A stretch of 64,000 nt of DNA from Cladosporium halotolerans (Eukaryota): assembly GCF_011745625.1 (NCBI RefSeq), contig NW_027191493.1:62001-126000 (forward strand). Reading direction: 5' to 3'. Below the pieces are notes generated by a model. That model ran no database searches. It saw nothing but the letters and a program-made list of their open reading frames with translations, and was not told the origin of the DNA. Shown piece after piece: positions 47,511 through 59,185 of the stretch. A program made the position numbers and the translations under genes. Within the stretch, counting starts at the first letter, position 1; every line of letters begins with the position of its first letter.

Positions 47511-49357
47511 GGGTCATCTGCTGAGTGTGAAGCCTTGACGCAGCAACGCATGTACTCTAGTAGCGGGTGATCGCTGTGGTGAGACACGGTAGGGGCTTGA
47601 GTATATGCATCAACTCAACAGCAGGACCTAGGAGCTGACTTGAATACCTCAGAGGTTGACCGAGTAGCTTGTGGCGGAAAAGATTGCGGGAGCTCTTCTT
47701 ATGAGAACCATCATGTTTCTGCAATAAGTTGCTAGCAGTGGCGGTCTCTCCACAGTTAGATTTTGTCACTATCAATCCTCGCATCAGTCGCTCAATGATG
47801 GGCACCAAGTCTCATCTTCGCGTCAGCCACTGCCTGCGGCGTCGCAGATCCCGCTTCCTACAGTATTCATAGAGGCCGGCGGTATTGTTTCAGGTGGCAG
47901 GAACACAGAGTATTACTTGCTGCTATCTTTGAATCAGAGGAACTGTTTCACGACATGGTGCGACAACAGCAAGGACGTAAAGACAACTTTTTGAGTACTG
48001 CGCATGCTGGAGGAAAAGAAGATGTTGAGGTGACGGGCTCACAAGGACCGCGAACAGAGCGCACGGAAGGCCGCAAGCCCGTTCATTCTCGTGCTGGAGA
48101 GTGGCAACGCAAAGTGAAAGAATGCGAACACATCAGGCATTATCCACGGATTGTCAATTTCCGCTATCGCAGGGGTCAGCGCAAGGTTGAAGACCAAAGT
48201 GTGAGTGCACTACAGGGTATAGGTGTCCTGTCGACCGTTCCAATGTCAGATCCTTACAAGACGTCGATGGGACTGCGTGACAATAACCTCGGCGTCGATC
48301 TTGGTACAAGGTAATTTTTCGCTGTTCTCGGGATATCGACTTCGAGCAAGAGGGTCTGTTCTTGAGCTTGCGAGGCTTGAGCAAACGGTGTTCGCATTCA
48401 AATAAGGGAGTGACGAGCTCCTGGTCCGCGCGTTGGCTTCTTCGTTGGCTTGGAATCAGAAACCGGGGGTGTAGGGCTGCACATGGCAAGTCTGAAGGAT
48501 GAGACTGGATAGCCGAAGTCTAAATTGTGAAAAGTCTCGCCGTATTTCTCCGTTCTCCTACGAATCAGCAGGGTTGCGATCCGCCGGAAGAGTTGCGACG
48601 AAGGTTTCAAGCACAGAGCCGGGGTGACGAACTTAGAAGCCATCATGATGAGCGCATATTGGTCGGACTGTAACGAGCGCGATATACAAGTCTGGATGGC
48701 ACTCCTGTCACTGATACAAGCCCTTAAACAACCAAGCAAGGGGATAGTAAGACCTTGATAGTCGAACTTAGACTCGCACGCGGCGAGTGAGATGCAACGG
48801 CGGACAGATGCTTCCACTGATTCGGCAAGGTTCGTTGTGACAGCCACCGCCTATCATGCCCGAGATTTGGCCGCCAAACACTATTACGCATGGGCAATAT
48901 ATCGCGGACGGGTGGTGAGAGCCAGTGGTGAGGGCTTCGCGGTGAAGACGAACACGAGGGTCGAATTTTCCACAATTTTCCCATCCGGACATATGGCTTG
49001 AGAATGTTTAGACGAAGTTTGTACCCAGCCATCATCTTGTCCTTAAAGCCGTTGCGCGAGTTTGTTTGGACGGCTGTGCAAACCCACCCTGTCACGAAGC
49101 TCTATTTCGGCCATCCAATGCTGCTCAGCCCCAAGACACCTGCACTTTGACTTTACCAAAGCACGAGATCTAAGTTTCAAAAGCGTGAAGAACCGATATC
49201 CGCCCCCACCCGTGCCAGATCTCGGGGACAAAGGTGGTGATGATGGACTCATGTTCGCCTTTCTCGCATTACTATCTCGGCGTTCTTGAATGCATCTTTC
49301 TATGGCTTCTAAGGCAGCTTGGCGGTATTGAACACGTTCGCTTCCTCATTTCGAAAG

Positions 49358-51842
49358 ATGCAGAATTCATGGAACGATCCCATTCCTTGGTCGAGCGCTG
49401 ACGTCCCTTCTCGACCGGCTCCTAGCACTACTGCGCCGCTACCGGACACATCGCCTATCATCAAGCGCCGCCGGATATCCGACAACAACCAAGGCCGTCG
49501 GGCATCTAAGACCACCAGAGCTTGCGATGCTTGCAAGGTACTATAAGGCCTAATGGGGCTCCTCCACCCAAGTCTTAACATTCTATAGGCAAAGAAAGCT
49601 CGATGCTCGGGCATGAAACCGTGCACCACTTGCGCGGAAAAACAAATCGAGTGTACATATGAAAGCCAGTATCTCCGGGGCCGTCCGCCTACGCCGCAAT
49701 CCTCGACACCAGAAGCCAGCACTCTGAGCGAGCTATCTGGAGTCCGCTCAAACAGTGACACCAAAGAATATGGTATCAGCAATACCCGTAGCTCGCCCGA
49801 GCTCGATCCTTCAGACATTCACGGACAGTACGTCGACCCCACCTGCGGTCTGGCTTTCCTCGTTCGCGCGCAGTCTCGTTTGAAATGCCCGAGTCCTGTC
49901 GATGCTGCCACTCGCCTTGAGCAATGGAATCAGCCGATCATCAGTGCAGGCGATAAGCCTTTGCTCGGTCTGCCGCTCAACGAAACCATTTCAGGCTTTC
50001 CAACGGCCGCTTCACATCCCCAAGCGGACTTTCCATCCGGCGCTGATGCAGTGGAGCTCTTTGATATGTTCTTCGACGTCTGCCTCGCGACGTACAAACC
50101 TCTTCACAGACCTACGGTGGAGAGCTGGTACAGAGGTGCATCTGGCAACATCGCTCAAGGACTGCCATTGACCCAAGGGCTCGGCAGCGCGGAACTATCC
50201 ATTCTGATGAGCATATTCTCTATCGCCACTTACCACCGCTTCAAGTCCCTGGGATACACGGATGTGATAGCGCTTTTGTCGAGGAGCGATGCGCTCTTCA
50301 GACAGGCTTTGGCTTTCACGGATGACGAGATGGGGCCAGCGAGGCTTGAATCGGCGCAGGCACGTCTTTTGCAGATATTTTATTTGATGATGACCTGTCG
50401 AAGGTAGGTCACCATTGCAGTCATGATCAGAAGGTCAAGCGCGATGCTAATATGATCGTAGTACGTTAAGACCTTTTCCATGACCCGTCAGATTCGGTTT
50501 TTGGTTGCTGCGTATTGGGTGTTTCACAAGTGTCCATTTTCGCCTGGCTTGCAGATTTGCAGTACGCTTTGTGTCAAACTGATCGAACTGCTGAGAGCTG
50601 AACGTGAACGAATCACTGACACTGTTTCCAGCAACCCAGGCCTGGTACACTTTCGGGAGCGTGCTCCAGATCATCTCGGCTCTAGGAATGCACAGGCGGG
50701 ACCGCAGACCAATTCTAGGCCCACCGGTCGACTATATCCATTCAGAAATTCGCAAGCGCACATTCTGGAGTACGTACGTTCTCGACAGATATCTTGGCGT
50801 CGTCTTGGGACGGCCTCGGCATTTCCACGACGACGACATCGATCAGGATCTGCCCGATCGCGTCAACGACGAAGAGATGGCCCCGGAAGGTCGTATAACG
50901 AGCGAGAGCTCCGAAGACTGCCAGTTGGATGGTTTCGTGTGGAACATTGAGCTGGCTCGCATTGTTGGGGCGATCTCCCACGATCTTTATCCAATCAAGC
51001 CGCTGTCAGAGACCTCTCGCATTGAGTTGACTCGCAGTTTAGGCAAGAAGCTTGACGCCTGGAAGGCCTCATTACCTGCTTTCCTCAGTACTGTCAAGCC
51101 CTCAAGCCTGGTCCGAAGCTTTCGCAGACAATGCGTTGCGTTACGCCTGGCTTATGACCACGCGGTGATGCATCTCTACCGGCCGTTTCTTTTGCCGCGG
51201 CGAGGCCGTCTCCCAACTCCAGACGCTACAGAGGCTTTCGGCCAGGAGAGCGTCCAGCTCTGCATAGCGGCGGCGCAAGACGCGTTGCGTACCGCGGACG
51301 GGTACGCGCGAGACGGGCCCCTGTTCCACGCTTTCTGGTGGACGCACTACATCACCTTTTGCGCTCTCACTGTCGCTTACGTATGGAACATGCAGCAACC
51401 GAGTGCTGAAATCGAAGGCATTGATCGCCAGAAATTGATGGCGCTTGCTGAGCAGTGCCAGGCACACCTTGCGCAAGCGACAGCTACCAACTCGCCCAGC
51501 CGTCGGTACAGCATCATCCTTGAAGAATTGCGCAACGAGTCAAGAAAGGGCTCTGTCAGCGAAAGCCCAGTGAATCAGCTGTTGTCGCCTGCTGGACTTG
51601 TGGAGTCGCCGGGGATCCAGCGAGGCATCCCACCGGCTGGGCAACCCTATGCTTCACAGCAGTTCGTGCACCAGATGGGAGGGCCGTTTGTCCAGTGGCA
51701 GGCCTCGGATTGGTTGGAGGTCGACGCATCGGTATTTCTCCGTGGCTTGCCACAATAGAGATGCATCTGACACGCTTTACAGGTTTATGGATCAATACAG
51801 GGTTCAAGTCCTAATGTGCATTGGTTTGGAGGCGGTCAATAG
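49358..51842 (+). CDS. Zn(II)2Cys6 transcription factor with fungal-specific TF domain, RhaR-related; 4 exons, the second intron a nested twin intron
   Basis: RACDACK|AKKARCSGMKPCTTCAEKQIEC binuclear cluster; ESAQARL…QAWYTFG…ALGMHR, RKRTFWSTYVLDRYLGVVLGRP and NSPSRRYSIILEELR. Confidence 0.9.
50403..50631 (+). other. [D1,2] spliceosomal twin intron (stwintron): internal intron 50404-50461 nested in the donor of a 171-nt external intron
   Basis: G|GTAGGT…GCTAAT…TAG|TACGT…ACTGAC…CCAG. Removing the internal intron creates a GTACGT donor, and this route restores the reading frame. Confidence 0.8.
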
Positions 51843-52391
51843 AACCGTCTAGGTGTCCCTTGCTCTGCCAGCACGCGTGGAAGGCCGGGAATTTGGTAGA
51901 AGATGCGCTGCAAATATATGACCGCATCCTTCTGATCGTGGTAAAATCTTAGTCGATTTGGATCACAGGTCCCCCTACTTCGATAAACATCTCTTCTTCC
52001 AACCTAACGATTAAGCGATTTCTAGATAATGCATCGAAGCTTAAGCGAGCTCGATCCAGGCGGCGGAGATGAAAAACTGTTTAAATTGAAGACACCGTCA
52101 CCAAGGACACTCCTATGAATTGCGTGATATCCACGCGTACATACATGTGTGGGATGCAGTGGAGCGTGCGAGCTCGCATGACGTTGGCTGGCGGCGTTTG
52201 GGGAAAGGGAGGGCCGCTCCAGCTCCCCCGCGAAGCTTGGTCGTCAGCCTGCATGAAGCTCGACCTGCCGCCGCCATCACCTGCGCCATACACAACCAAC
52301 TTCATTGTCATCACCTCACTCCCTGCACCAACCATCACCGGCAACTCCTCCAGTACACGCTCATTGCCTGCCGTCCGCCACACCCATCACC

Positions 52392-53125
52392 ATGTCGGCT
52401 CCTACAGCTTCCCGCCTCCTCCGCCAGGCCACGCGCTCCGCCTCCCGCCCCATCCTTCGCTCGCGCCAGGCCAATGCATTTCACCTCCAGGCCTGCCGCA
52501 CCGCCGTCCCTGTCGCCAGAGCCGCTATCTCCTCTAGGGCTTTTGCCTCCACTACTCCCAGAGCGACCGGCCTCATGCCCGACACCGAAAACCCGAGCAC
52601 GCCTGAGCGCGAGTCGACTACCGCTGAGCTGATGGCCGCCGAGATCACCGATGAAGAATTCCACACGCTGTCCGACCAGTTCCTCGAGAAGGTCCACGAG
52701 AAGGCCGAGCAGGTTCAGGAGGGCAGGGAGGATGTCGAGGTCGAGTATGCTGTAAGTGAATTGATGTCGTGCGACCTTAATGGCCGGCTAGCTCTACACA
52801 AGAACGCACAGGTATCTAACGAAACTCACAGGCCGGCGTTCTGAACATCGTCTTCCCGCCCAACGGGACGTATGTTCTCAACAAGCAGCCGCCCAACAAG
52901 CAGATCTGGCTCTCCTCGCCGCTCTCCGGCCCCAAGCGCTTCGACTGGACGATGCAGGGCGAGGGCATGAACGAGAAGGAGGGCTCGGGCGAGGGCGACT
53001 GGATCTACCTGAGGGACGGCAGCTCGCTGAGCGAGCTTCTGAGGAAGGAGCTGGGCTTCTCCGTCGATTTGAGTGGACATGAGGAGGCTATGGAGGAGGC
53101 TCTTAGCAAGGATCCTACTGAGTAG
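52392..53125 (+). CDS. YFH1: Frataxin, mitochondrial iron chaperone; 2 exons (intron ~52752-52831)
   Basis: Arg/Ser/Ala-rich presequence; [43 protein letters not shown] and WIYLRDG. Confidence 0.95.
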
Positions 53126-53655
53126 GTTTTGGATCAATGAGCATTGAGCGATCATTCACGTAGCTATATCAGCGCTGCGCGCTGCGCGCTGCTGGTTATT
53201 GATTCCTACGGACATTTTGAGCGAGCTGGCTGCAGCGATTGTATCCAGACATGATGTTTCGGTTTCCGACCACGTTTTGCCCTATCTCACTGCTGATGCT
53301 GTCACGCCGGCGCTCTGGAGCAGCGCTCGAAAGTCGTGCGGCTGCTGTGTAGCCTGCTTGCCTGTGTGCCCAGAAATGCGATCCTTCGTCGGCTAGCTGG
53401 CACCTGCTTGCTGACCTCCGCGGTCTCAGCTTTCGCTGCCGACTTAGAGTCTCGAGCCCGTGTGTGCTTTGCTGCGCAGATAATACCCTCCTGAAGTGGC
53501 TTGTACTGCGCAGTCCGCTTCGCGACCACAGTCCCATCCCATATCATGGCGCCTGCTCCGCGAACTGCCCTGGCTCTCGTCCTGCCCTCAGGCCAATCTC
53601 TTTCCCACCGCTGAATCTCTGGAAATCTCACAACCCTTGCGACCTCTCTCACCCC

Positions 53656-53969
53656 TCACGCAGCAACCCCAACCGCCTGTCCTCCCACCCCTCCATCCGG
53701 CTTCGGCAGATCCTCCACGTCGAAAATCACCCGGATCATCAGGCTGCAGCTCGGGCACACCGCGATCTCCTCGCCGTCCCGCAGGTCGTCGATCGTGATC
53801 TGGAAGCGGTCGCCGCACGGGCACGGGTAGGTGTAGGTTTCGAGCGCCGCGTCATAGGTCATGTCCTGGTCGGGAAGTGTTAGCGCGAGGGGGGGGGAAG
53901 GGACGAGCGGGGTGGTACAGGCAGGCATACCTCGATCTCGATTTCGTCGTAGATGTTCTCGTCGGACAT
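53656..53969 (-). CDS. DPH3: Diphthamide biosynthesis protein 3 (CSL zinc finger, Kti11); 2 exons
   Basis: [18 protein letters not shown]…[11 protein letters not shown]…[15 protein letters not shown]. Confidence 0.95.
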
Positions 53970-54663
53970 TTTGGCGGTCGAGTGCGCTTGCCTTGGGCGA
54001 GGTGAGGTGGGGTGGTTTGCGACCGGAGCGTGGCGTGAGTCTCGAAGTTCGCGGATGGAGAAATGTTCGAGATGTGGCGGAAATTTGGGCGGCGACACGT
54101 GAAGATCCGGGGAAAAGTGGCGGACCCTGAATTGGAAGCCATCCCACCTGTTTGGCGCTCTTGTACGCTCTCCGCGACTATTGTGAATTTTGATGCCCGC
54201 TGAGATACAGCTCTGGCCGACGGAGACCGATCGATTTCGCGAAATATCAGACGATAGGTCAATGCTGAAGTGGAAATTTGATCGAGCAAGACGTCGGCTT
54301 TGCCAGGGAACGCATCAAAGTCGGACGGACGCCAGTCAAAAGACCAAGCGGCGGAAACACATGCATGCTTCCCTATTTGAACCTAAGGAACCCTTGCTAC
54401 AGTACGTAGGTAGACATTATATCAAGCCAAGTATGATAATCATCTGGAGAATCAATCGTCGATCTATTAAAATCTCAATAAAGCCATAATGTAGCAGCAA
54501 TGTCTCGCTCGATCTAATCCGGCCAAGAAGAAAACACAAGCCTGCAGCACCCAGCTAGATCAATAAATAGGTATCATTCCTCGTCCACCCTTGGGCGCTC
54601 CGCCGACATATCATCCTCGCCCTTTTCTCGCAAGTATCACTAATCTTCCTCCCTTCCTCGATA

Positions 54664-55722
54664 TCACCACCCATTCCTCATCCCCAACAACCTCCTCCCA
54701 GCCGACTCTACCGACCCCGGCCTCGCAGGCTGCCCAACGCTGAAGAACCCCGTCGCCGGCAACGACCCCTCGCCCCGTTGCTGCGGCTGCCCTACCATCC
54801 GACTACTCGTCTCCGTCGGCCTCAGCTCAGGCCCCGGCGCCAGTCTCGGCACCTGAAGGCGCGGCGCGGGCGGCATCCGCTCCATCGCTTCTCGCCGCAG
54901 CGCCGCGACGGCTTCTTCCACCGCGGCGTTGACTTGTTTCTTTCGCGCTGCTTCCGCCTGCTCGTCTTTCTCGACTGCCAGTTGCGAGAAGGGGACGTGT
55001 ACCTGGTCCGTTTGCACTTTGTACATCGCGACTCGCAAGCGGAGGCGCAGCGTTTCGGCGTGGCTGATGACACTTTCGGCGTTCGTGTCGAAGACGGGCT
55101 GCGAAGGCGGAAGCAGTGCCTCGTTCCGTCTCTCTCGCTGCTCCACTTGATGCGCTTCCTCCTCCTCATCTTCCCCTCGCTGCTCCGCTTCCTCCTCCTC
55201 CTCCATGACCCTCCTCGCCCTCGCCCGCGGCCTCTGCTGCGACGCGGGATCATAATCGATCAAGTCCGAGAAACTCCCCTGCGTCTCCCCGCCGCTGTCC
55301 GACGGCGTATTGGGTTCCGTCGGCGAGTAGGCCACGAATTCCTCCCCGCCCCTCTGCTGCGGCAGCGTCTGCTCCTGCTGCGGCGAAGGCACGCTCTGCG
55401 CCCTCGCTGGCGTCTTCGGCGGCACGCCGAACACCGACTGACCTGCGCCGCTCGATATCCGTCTTTTTTTCAGGTATGTGAAGCCGTACCCTTCGTCTGC
55501 GGCTTGCGTGAAGCCGCGCTTCAGCGGGCTGCCGGTCAGTGCTCGCTTGCCGGTCCAGGGCGCGGGCGAGGAGGGGTAGATTTTTTGGTTCGTGGAGACT
55601 TCGCCTAAGATGCGGCGATTGGAGGCTGGGGTTGTTGTTGGGAGGGGTGGGCCGAGGGGGCTCGTGGCCATGGCGTTTTCGTCGAAGGGGTTGGCGAAGT
55701 GGGGGGTTGGTGGGGGGTTCAT
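54664..55722 (-). CDS. Whi5/Nrm1-family (GTB motif) G1/S transcription co-repressor-like protein
   Basis: HAETLRLRLRVAMYKVQTDQVHVPF motif, an RRILGE D-box-like segment and many S/T-P sites in a disordered chain. Confidence 0.72.
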   Translation of the reverse strand: MNPPPTPHFANPFDENAMATSPLGPPLPTTTPASNRRILGEVSTNQKIYPSSPAPWTGKRALTGSPLKRGFTQAADEGYGFTYLKKRRISSGAGQSVFGVPPKTPARAQSVPSPQQEQTLPQQRGGEEFVAYSPTEPNTPSDSGGETQGSFSDLIDYDPASQQRPRARARRVMEEEEEAEQRGEDEEEEAHQVEQRERRNEALLPPSQPVFDTNAESVISHAETLRLRLRVAMYKVQTDQVHVPFSQLAVEKDEQAEAARKKQVNAAVEEAVAALRREAMERMPPAPRLQVPRLAPGPELRPTETSSRMVGQPQQRGEGSLPATGFFSVGQPARPGSVESAGRRLLGMRNGW

Positions 55723-56945
55723 TGTTGCTGTATGGGAGGGTGCTGGGTTGGAAAGGGAGGTTCCGGGGATTCGGGGTTGGAGATGGTCGAGGGGAGGTTG
55801 TTATGTTGGCATTCGCGTTTTCGAGGTCGACGTGAGAGATGTCAAGGTAAGTTTCGAAAGCTGTACGCTGAAGCAGGTAAGGGAAAGGGTGGGTTATGGT
55901 GAGATGGAAGGTGCCTCGCTCGTTGGAAGCCAGGCGTGGTCAAGGTCGAGGTCGAGGTCTGAAATCGCAGTGATGAAGTCGTCCCCCCCGTCAAACGAGC
56001 ATTCGCTTCCGGTTGCGTTCAAGCTCGGTCGGGCCTTGGGAAAGTCTTCACAGTGTCCAGAGACCTAGGACACAAGGAGCGGATTCGATGATGAGTGCCA
56101 TGCACGTCGGTCGTAATAGGCTCGTTCTCGTCTCTAACAAAGTCTCAAGACGCGGCCAAAAGCGCGCCTGGATTCGCGGGGAAGGCTGGCGCTCACCGCG
56201 CTGAAGGCACGGGGGCACGTGAGCGTCTCGCTTGGGGTTGTTGTTATAAGATGGCGCGGATATACATGTCGTGCATGTAACTGATATACACCTAATCTGC
56301 TGCTATCATGCGTTAAAATCGTCAGATGTCAAAGAGGTAAATAGCGCATGTGCCACAGTAAAGATGGCAGAAGTCGGTGCACTACGAAGAGTAAGGATCG
56401 ATTCACAATGTGCTTTTCACACCGAGGACGAAAAGGAGTGTGATTGACTTGATTGATCCCATTTGAACCCTCAATATACTCCCCATTCCACACATCCTAG
56501 AAACATTACATCTATGTTATGTACCCGCGCACACAGATTCCAGCGCCTTTTCTCCTCTCTTCTCTTCTCCTCCTGGAAAATCATATCAAACTCCGTGCGA
56601 TCCGTCCTCAAACCGGACCGAGCCCTGCGAGCCTCTCGGCAAGATCCTCCAATAGCAACAAAATCGATGCGCGCGCTTTGCTCGTTCTAGAGGTATATAG
56701 GTCGTAAGCGATGGTGCACGCGCGCGCAGCGTAAAATGATATTCAGAGAGAGCAGCAGGCGAAGAAATAACGCCACGGGATGCGTGACGTCGGTGGTATC
56801 GTGAAACAAAAAGCGAAAGGAAAAACGAAAATGTCGGAAGCCGCTGATCGGCTGTCCTGCGCGAGCCCAAGTCGCGCGGATATGCAAATGATGCTCCGGT
56901 ATTCAATTTTGTGCCGTGGAGAGAACCTCAGAAGTGAGTGGCCTC

Positions 56946-59185
56946 TTACACTTCCTCGGTGAATCTGCTGTTTCGGCTCCCGTCTAGGGAAGCCGGGGTG
57001 TCGCTCCGGGCGAAGGCGGCGGAGGTGCTGGGTGTCCAGGATGGAGTGCCGGCCGCGGCGACGCTGGGGTTTTGAACGTTCGACTTGGCGGCGTGCACGG
57101 TCGGTCGTCGTTGCGGGCCGGGGGACATGGTCAGCTGCTCGGCAGCGTCGTAGTCAGCGCCGCCTTGGGCTGGCAGGTTTGTGTCGGAGAAGGGGTTGGG
57201 AGACGAAGATCCGTCGCCACCGTAGAAGCCCACGCTGTCGCGGTAGAAGGAGTGGCTGCTCAGATTCCTATCCGAGGGGTCCTCGGGGCTCACTAGAGGC
57301 ATCGTGGGCGGCGGAGACCTTGGGTTGTGGGGAGGTCCTGTCATGCCTTCGCTGAAGGCTGATGGCAGTTTGCGGCCGGCGACCCGCTCGAAGCCACGTT
57401 CTCCAGAATCGCCACCGCTGTTTTGGCTCCGGTTTTGGTGTCTGAACAGTGCTGGAATGGCGCCGGCGAAGGGCATAAGGCCTGCACGCTCAGCCATACC
57501 AGGTCCTCCAGAGCTGGGCCCACTAGCGGAGTCGGCTCCAAATCCAGCGGCATTGGGAGGGAGAGCGCTGTGGGCGATCTGTGACCGCTTCTTGTAGCGT
57601 CGCCAAACGAGAAGGACCATCACCAACACGAGCGCAAGTCCCGCGCAGCCACCAACGACACCGCCTGCGATTGAGCCTGCAGGAGCCTGATCGTCATTCC
57701 CTTTGTTGCTCTCTGAAGTACTGGTAGCTTCAATGCCCGAAGAGGTTGCCGTCGCACCTTCTCCTGTGGCTCCTGCCAGGCCAATACCACCAGAGTCGTC
57801 AGACGAGCCTTGGGTGGATGAGGCTGTGGCTGTGGAAAATATGGTGGAACGGACGGTCGACCCATCACTGGAGATGGTCGTAACAGATCCGCTTGACCCG
57901 GTAGGAGAACCCTCGCTGTTCGATGTGCGGGAAGATGACGGAGAGATGGTTGCAGTTCGGCCGTCGGAAAGAGTGGTGGAAAAGACTTCGTCGGAGCGTG
58001 TGAATGTTTCAACGTCGCCATTAGAGAAAGTCGCCAGGAACAAAGCATTGAAATCGATGGAGCTCGAGTCGGTGGTCTGGGAGGATGTCCGCGAGGTTGC
58101 CGAAGCTAGGTCGATTGTGACGTCTGAAATGAAGACTGAACTACCGCTTGTGCGAGTTGAAGCTGGGACAGTCAGTGAAACGCTCACGATGGTGAATTGC
58201 TTGGCGACTTACCAGATGTGGTCAAATTAAGTCTGTTGCTAGATGAAGCGGTAATAGTCGGGGCTGTATATCCGCTGACAGTACCAGCAATTATGGAGCT
58301 GGAAGATTGAGACCCGGTTGCCGACACGCTGCTGTTAGAAGACGTGGAAGAGTCTACAATTGTGCCTTGAGACGACGGTGCTGCGCTGCTACGTGCGGGA
58401 GCAGTACCGCCGGTGGACGCAACAGCAACGATATTTCCAGTGCCAGCTTGTGAAGTTGCGGATTGGGAGCCATCGCTGGACGTATTAGAGGAAGAATCGG
58501 AGGCGGATGCAGAACCTGTCCCAGAGGGCGCGGTTCCAGAAGGCGCAATCCCGGAGGGTGTTATTGCGGAGGTTGTAGTTCCAGAAGACCCCGTACCAAT
58601 CAACACTCCAGTTCCGGTTGAGCTGGGCGGAGATGACGAGCTCGGAGTTTCTGAAGAGCTGGGAGGGCTGGAAGAGCTTGGGGGGTTCGAGGAGCTGGGG
58701 GTGTCCGAGGAAGATGTAGTGGAATCTGACGAGGGCGTGTTGGACGTAGCGGGCTCATCTGATACTAGTGTTGTGGAAGTTGACAACAGACCGGACACGT
58801 CGGGGAGATCGGCAGTAACAGCAGCAGTAGCAAGAGCGGTGTTACCAAGAGCGTCGACCGAAGCAGTGACTGCTACGACCACCTCTGCGTTTGATGTCGC
58901 GGTCTGAACTTCAGTTGAAACAGCAGTGCCTTGGCGTCGTAGCAAGCGGGCTCGCTCTTCGAGGTTCGCGATTTGTTGGTTTCGGATCTCGAGGTGGATC
59001 TCTTCAACGTGATGTGGTGACGGCTGTGCGTTGGACGAAGGGTAGGTAGGCGTTGCCTCAAGATGCTCGACGCCGTGAGAGTATGGACCGACGGAGCGGG
59101 TTGCCGTCTCTGCTTCCAGCAAAACATCATCCTCCGAGCTAAACAGCTTTCTCCGTTTGTTTGGCGGCGCCATCATCTCTTCCAT
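56946..59185 (-). CDS. Ser/Thr-rich single-pass membrane protein (mucin/Mid2-like architecture); 2 exons (intron 58212-58163)
   Basis: Long S/T tract, TM helix IAGGVVGGCAGLALVLVMVLLVW followed by RRYKKR, and cytoplasmic ERGFERVAGRKLPS, SFYRDSVGFYGG and SRFTEEV; the intron is in phase. Confidence 0.8.
58510..58750 (-). repeat. Low-complexity coding repeats (xPSSSx ~18-bp units; xPSGx 15-bp units)
   Basis: TPSSDSTTSSSDTPSSSNPPSSSSPPSSSETPSSSSPPSS and TPSGIAPSGTAPSGTG in the translation. Confidence 0.6.

Noticed and set aside
47557..49290. Gene or transposon between the WGFVIYR gene and the Zn2Cys6 gene
   Set aside because: Only short ORFs with no recognisable motif or spliceable model. It may be a decayed remnant, but I cannot support that.
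50555..50561. 7-nt micro-exon (ATTTGCA) inside the long intron of the Zn2Cys6 gene
   Set aside because: Including it does not restore the frame with either donor and the 50631 acceptor, and it lacks a canonical upstream branch site. It is in frame only with the 50404 donor and the 50639 acceptor, so it is disfavoured rather than excluded.
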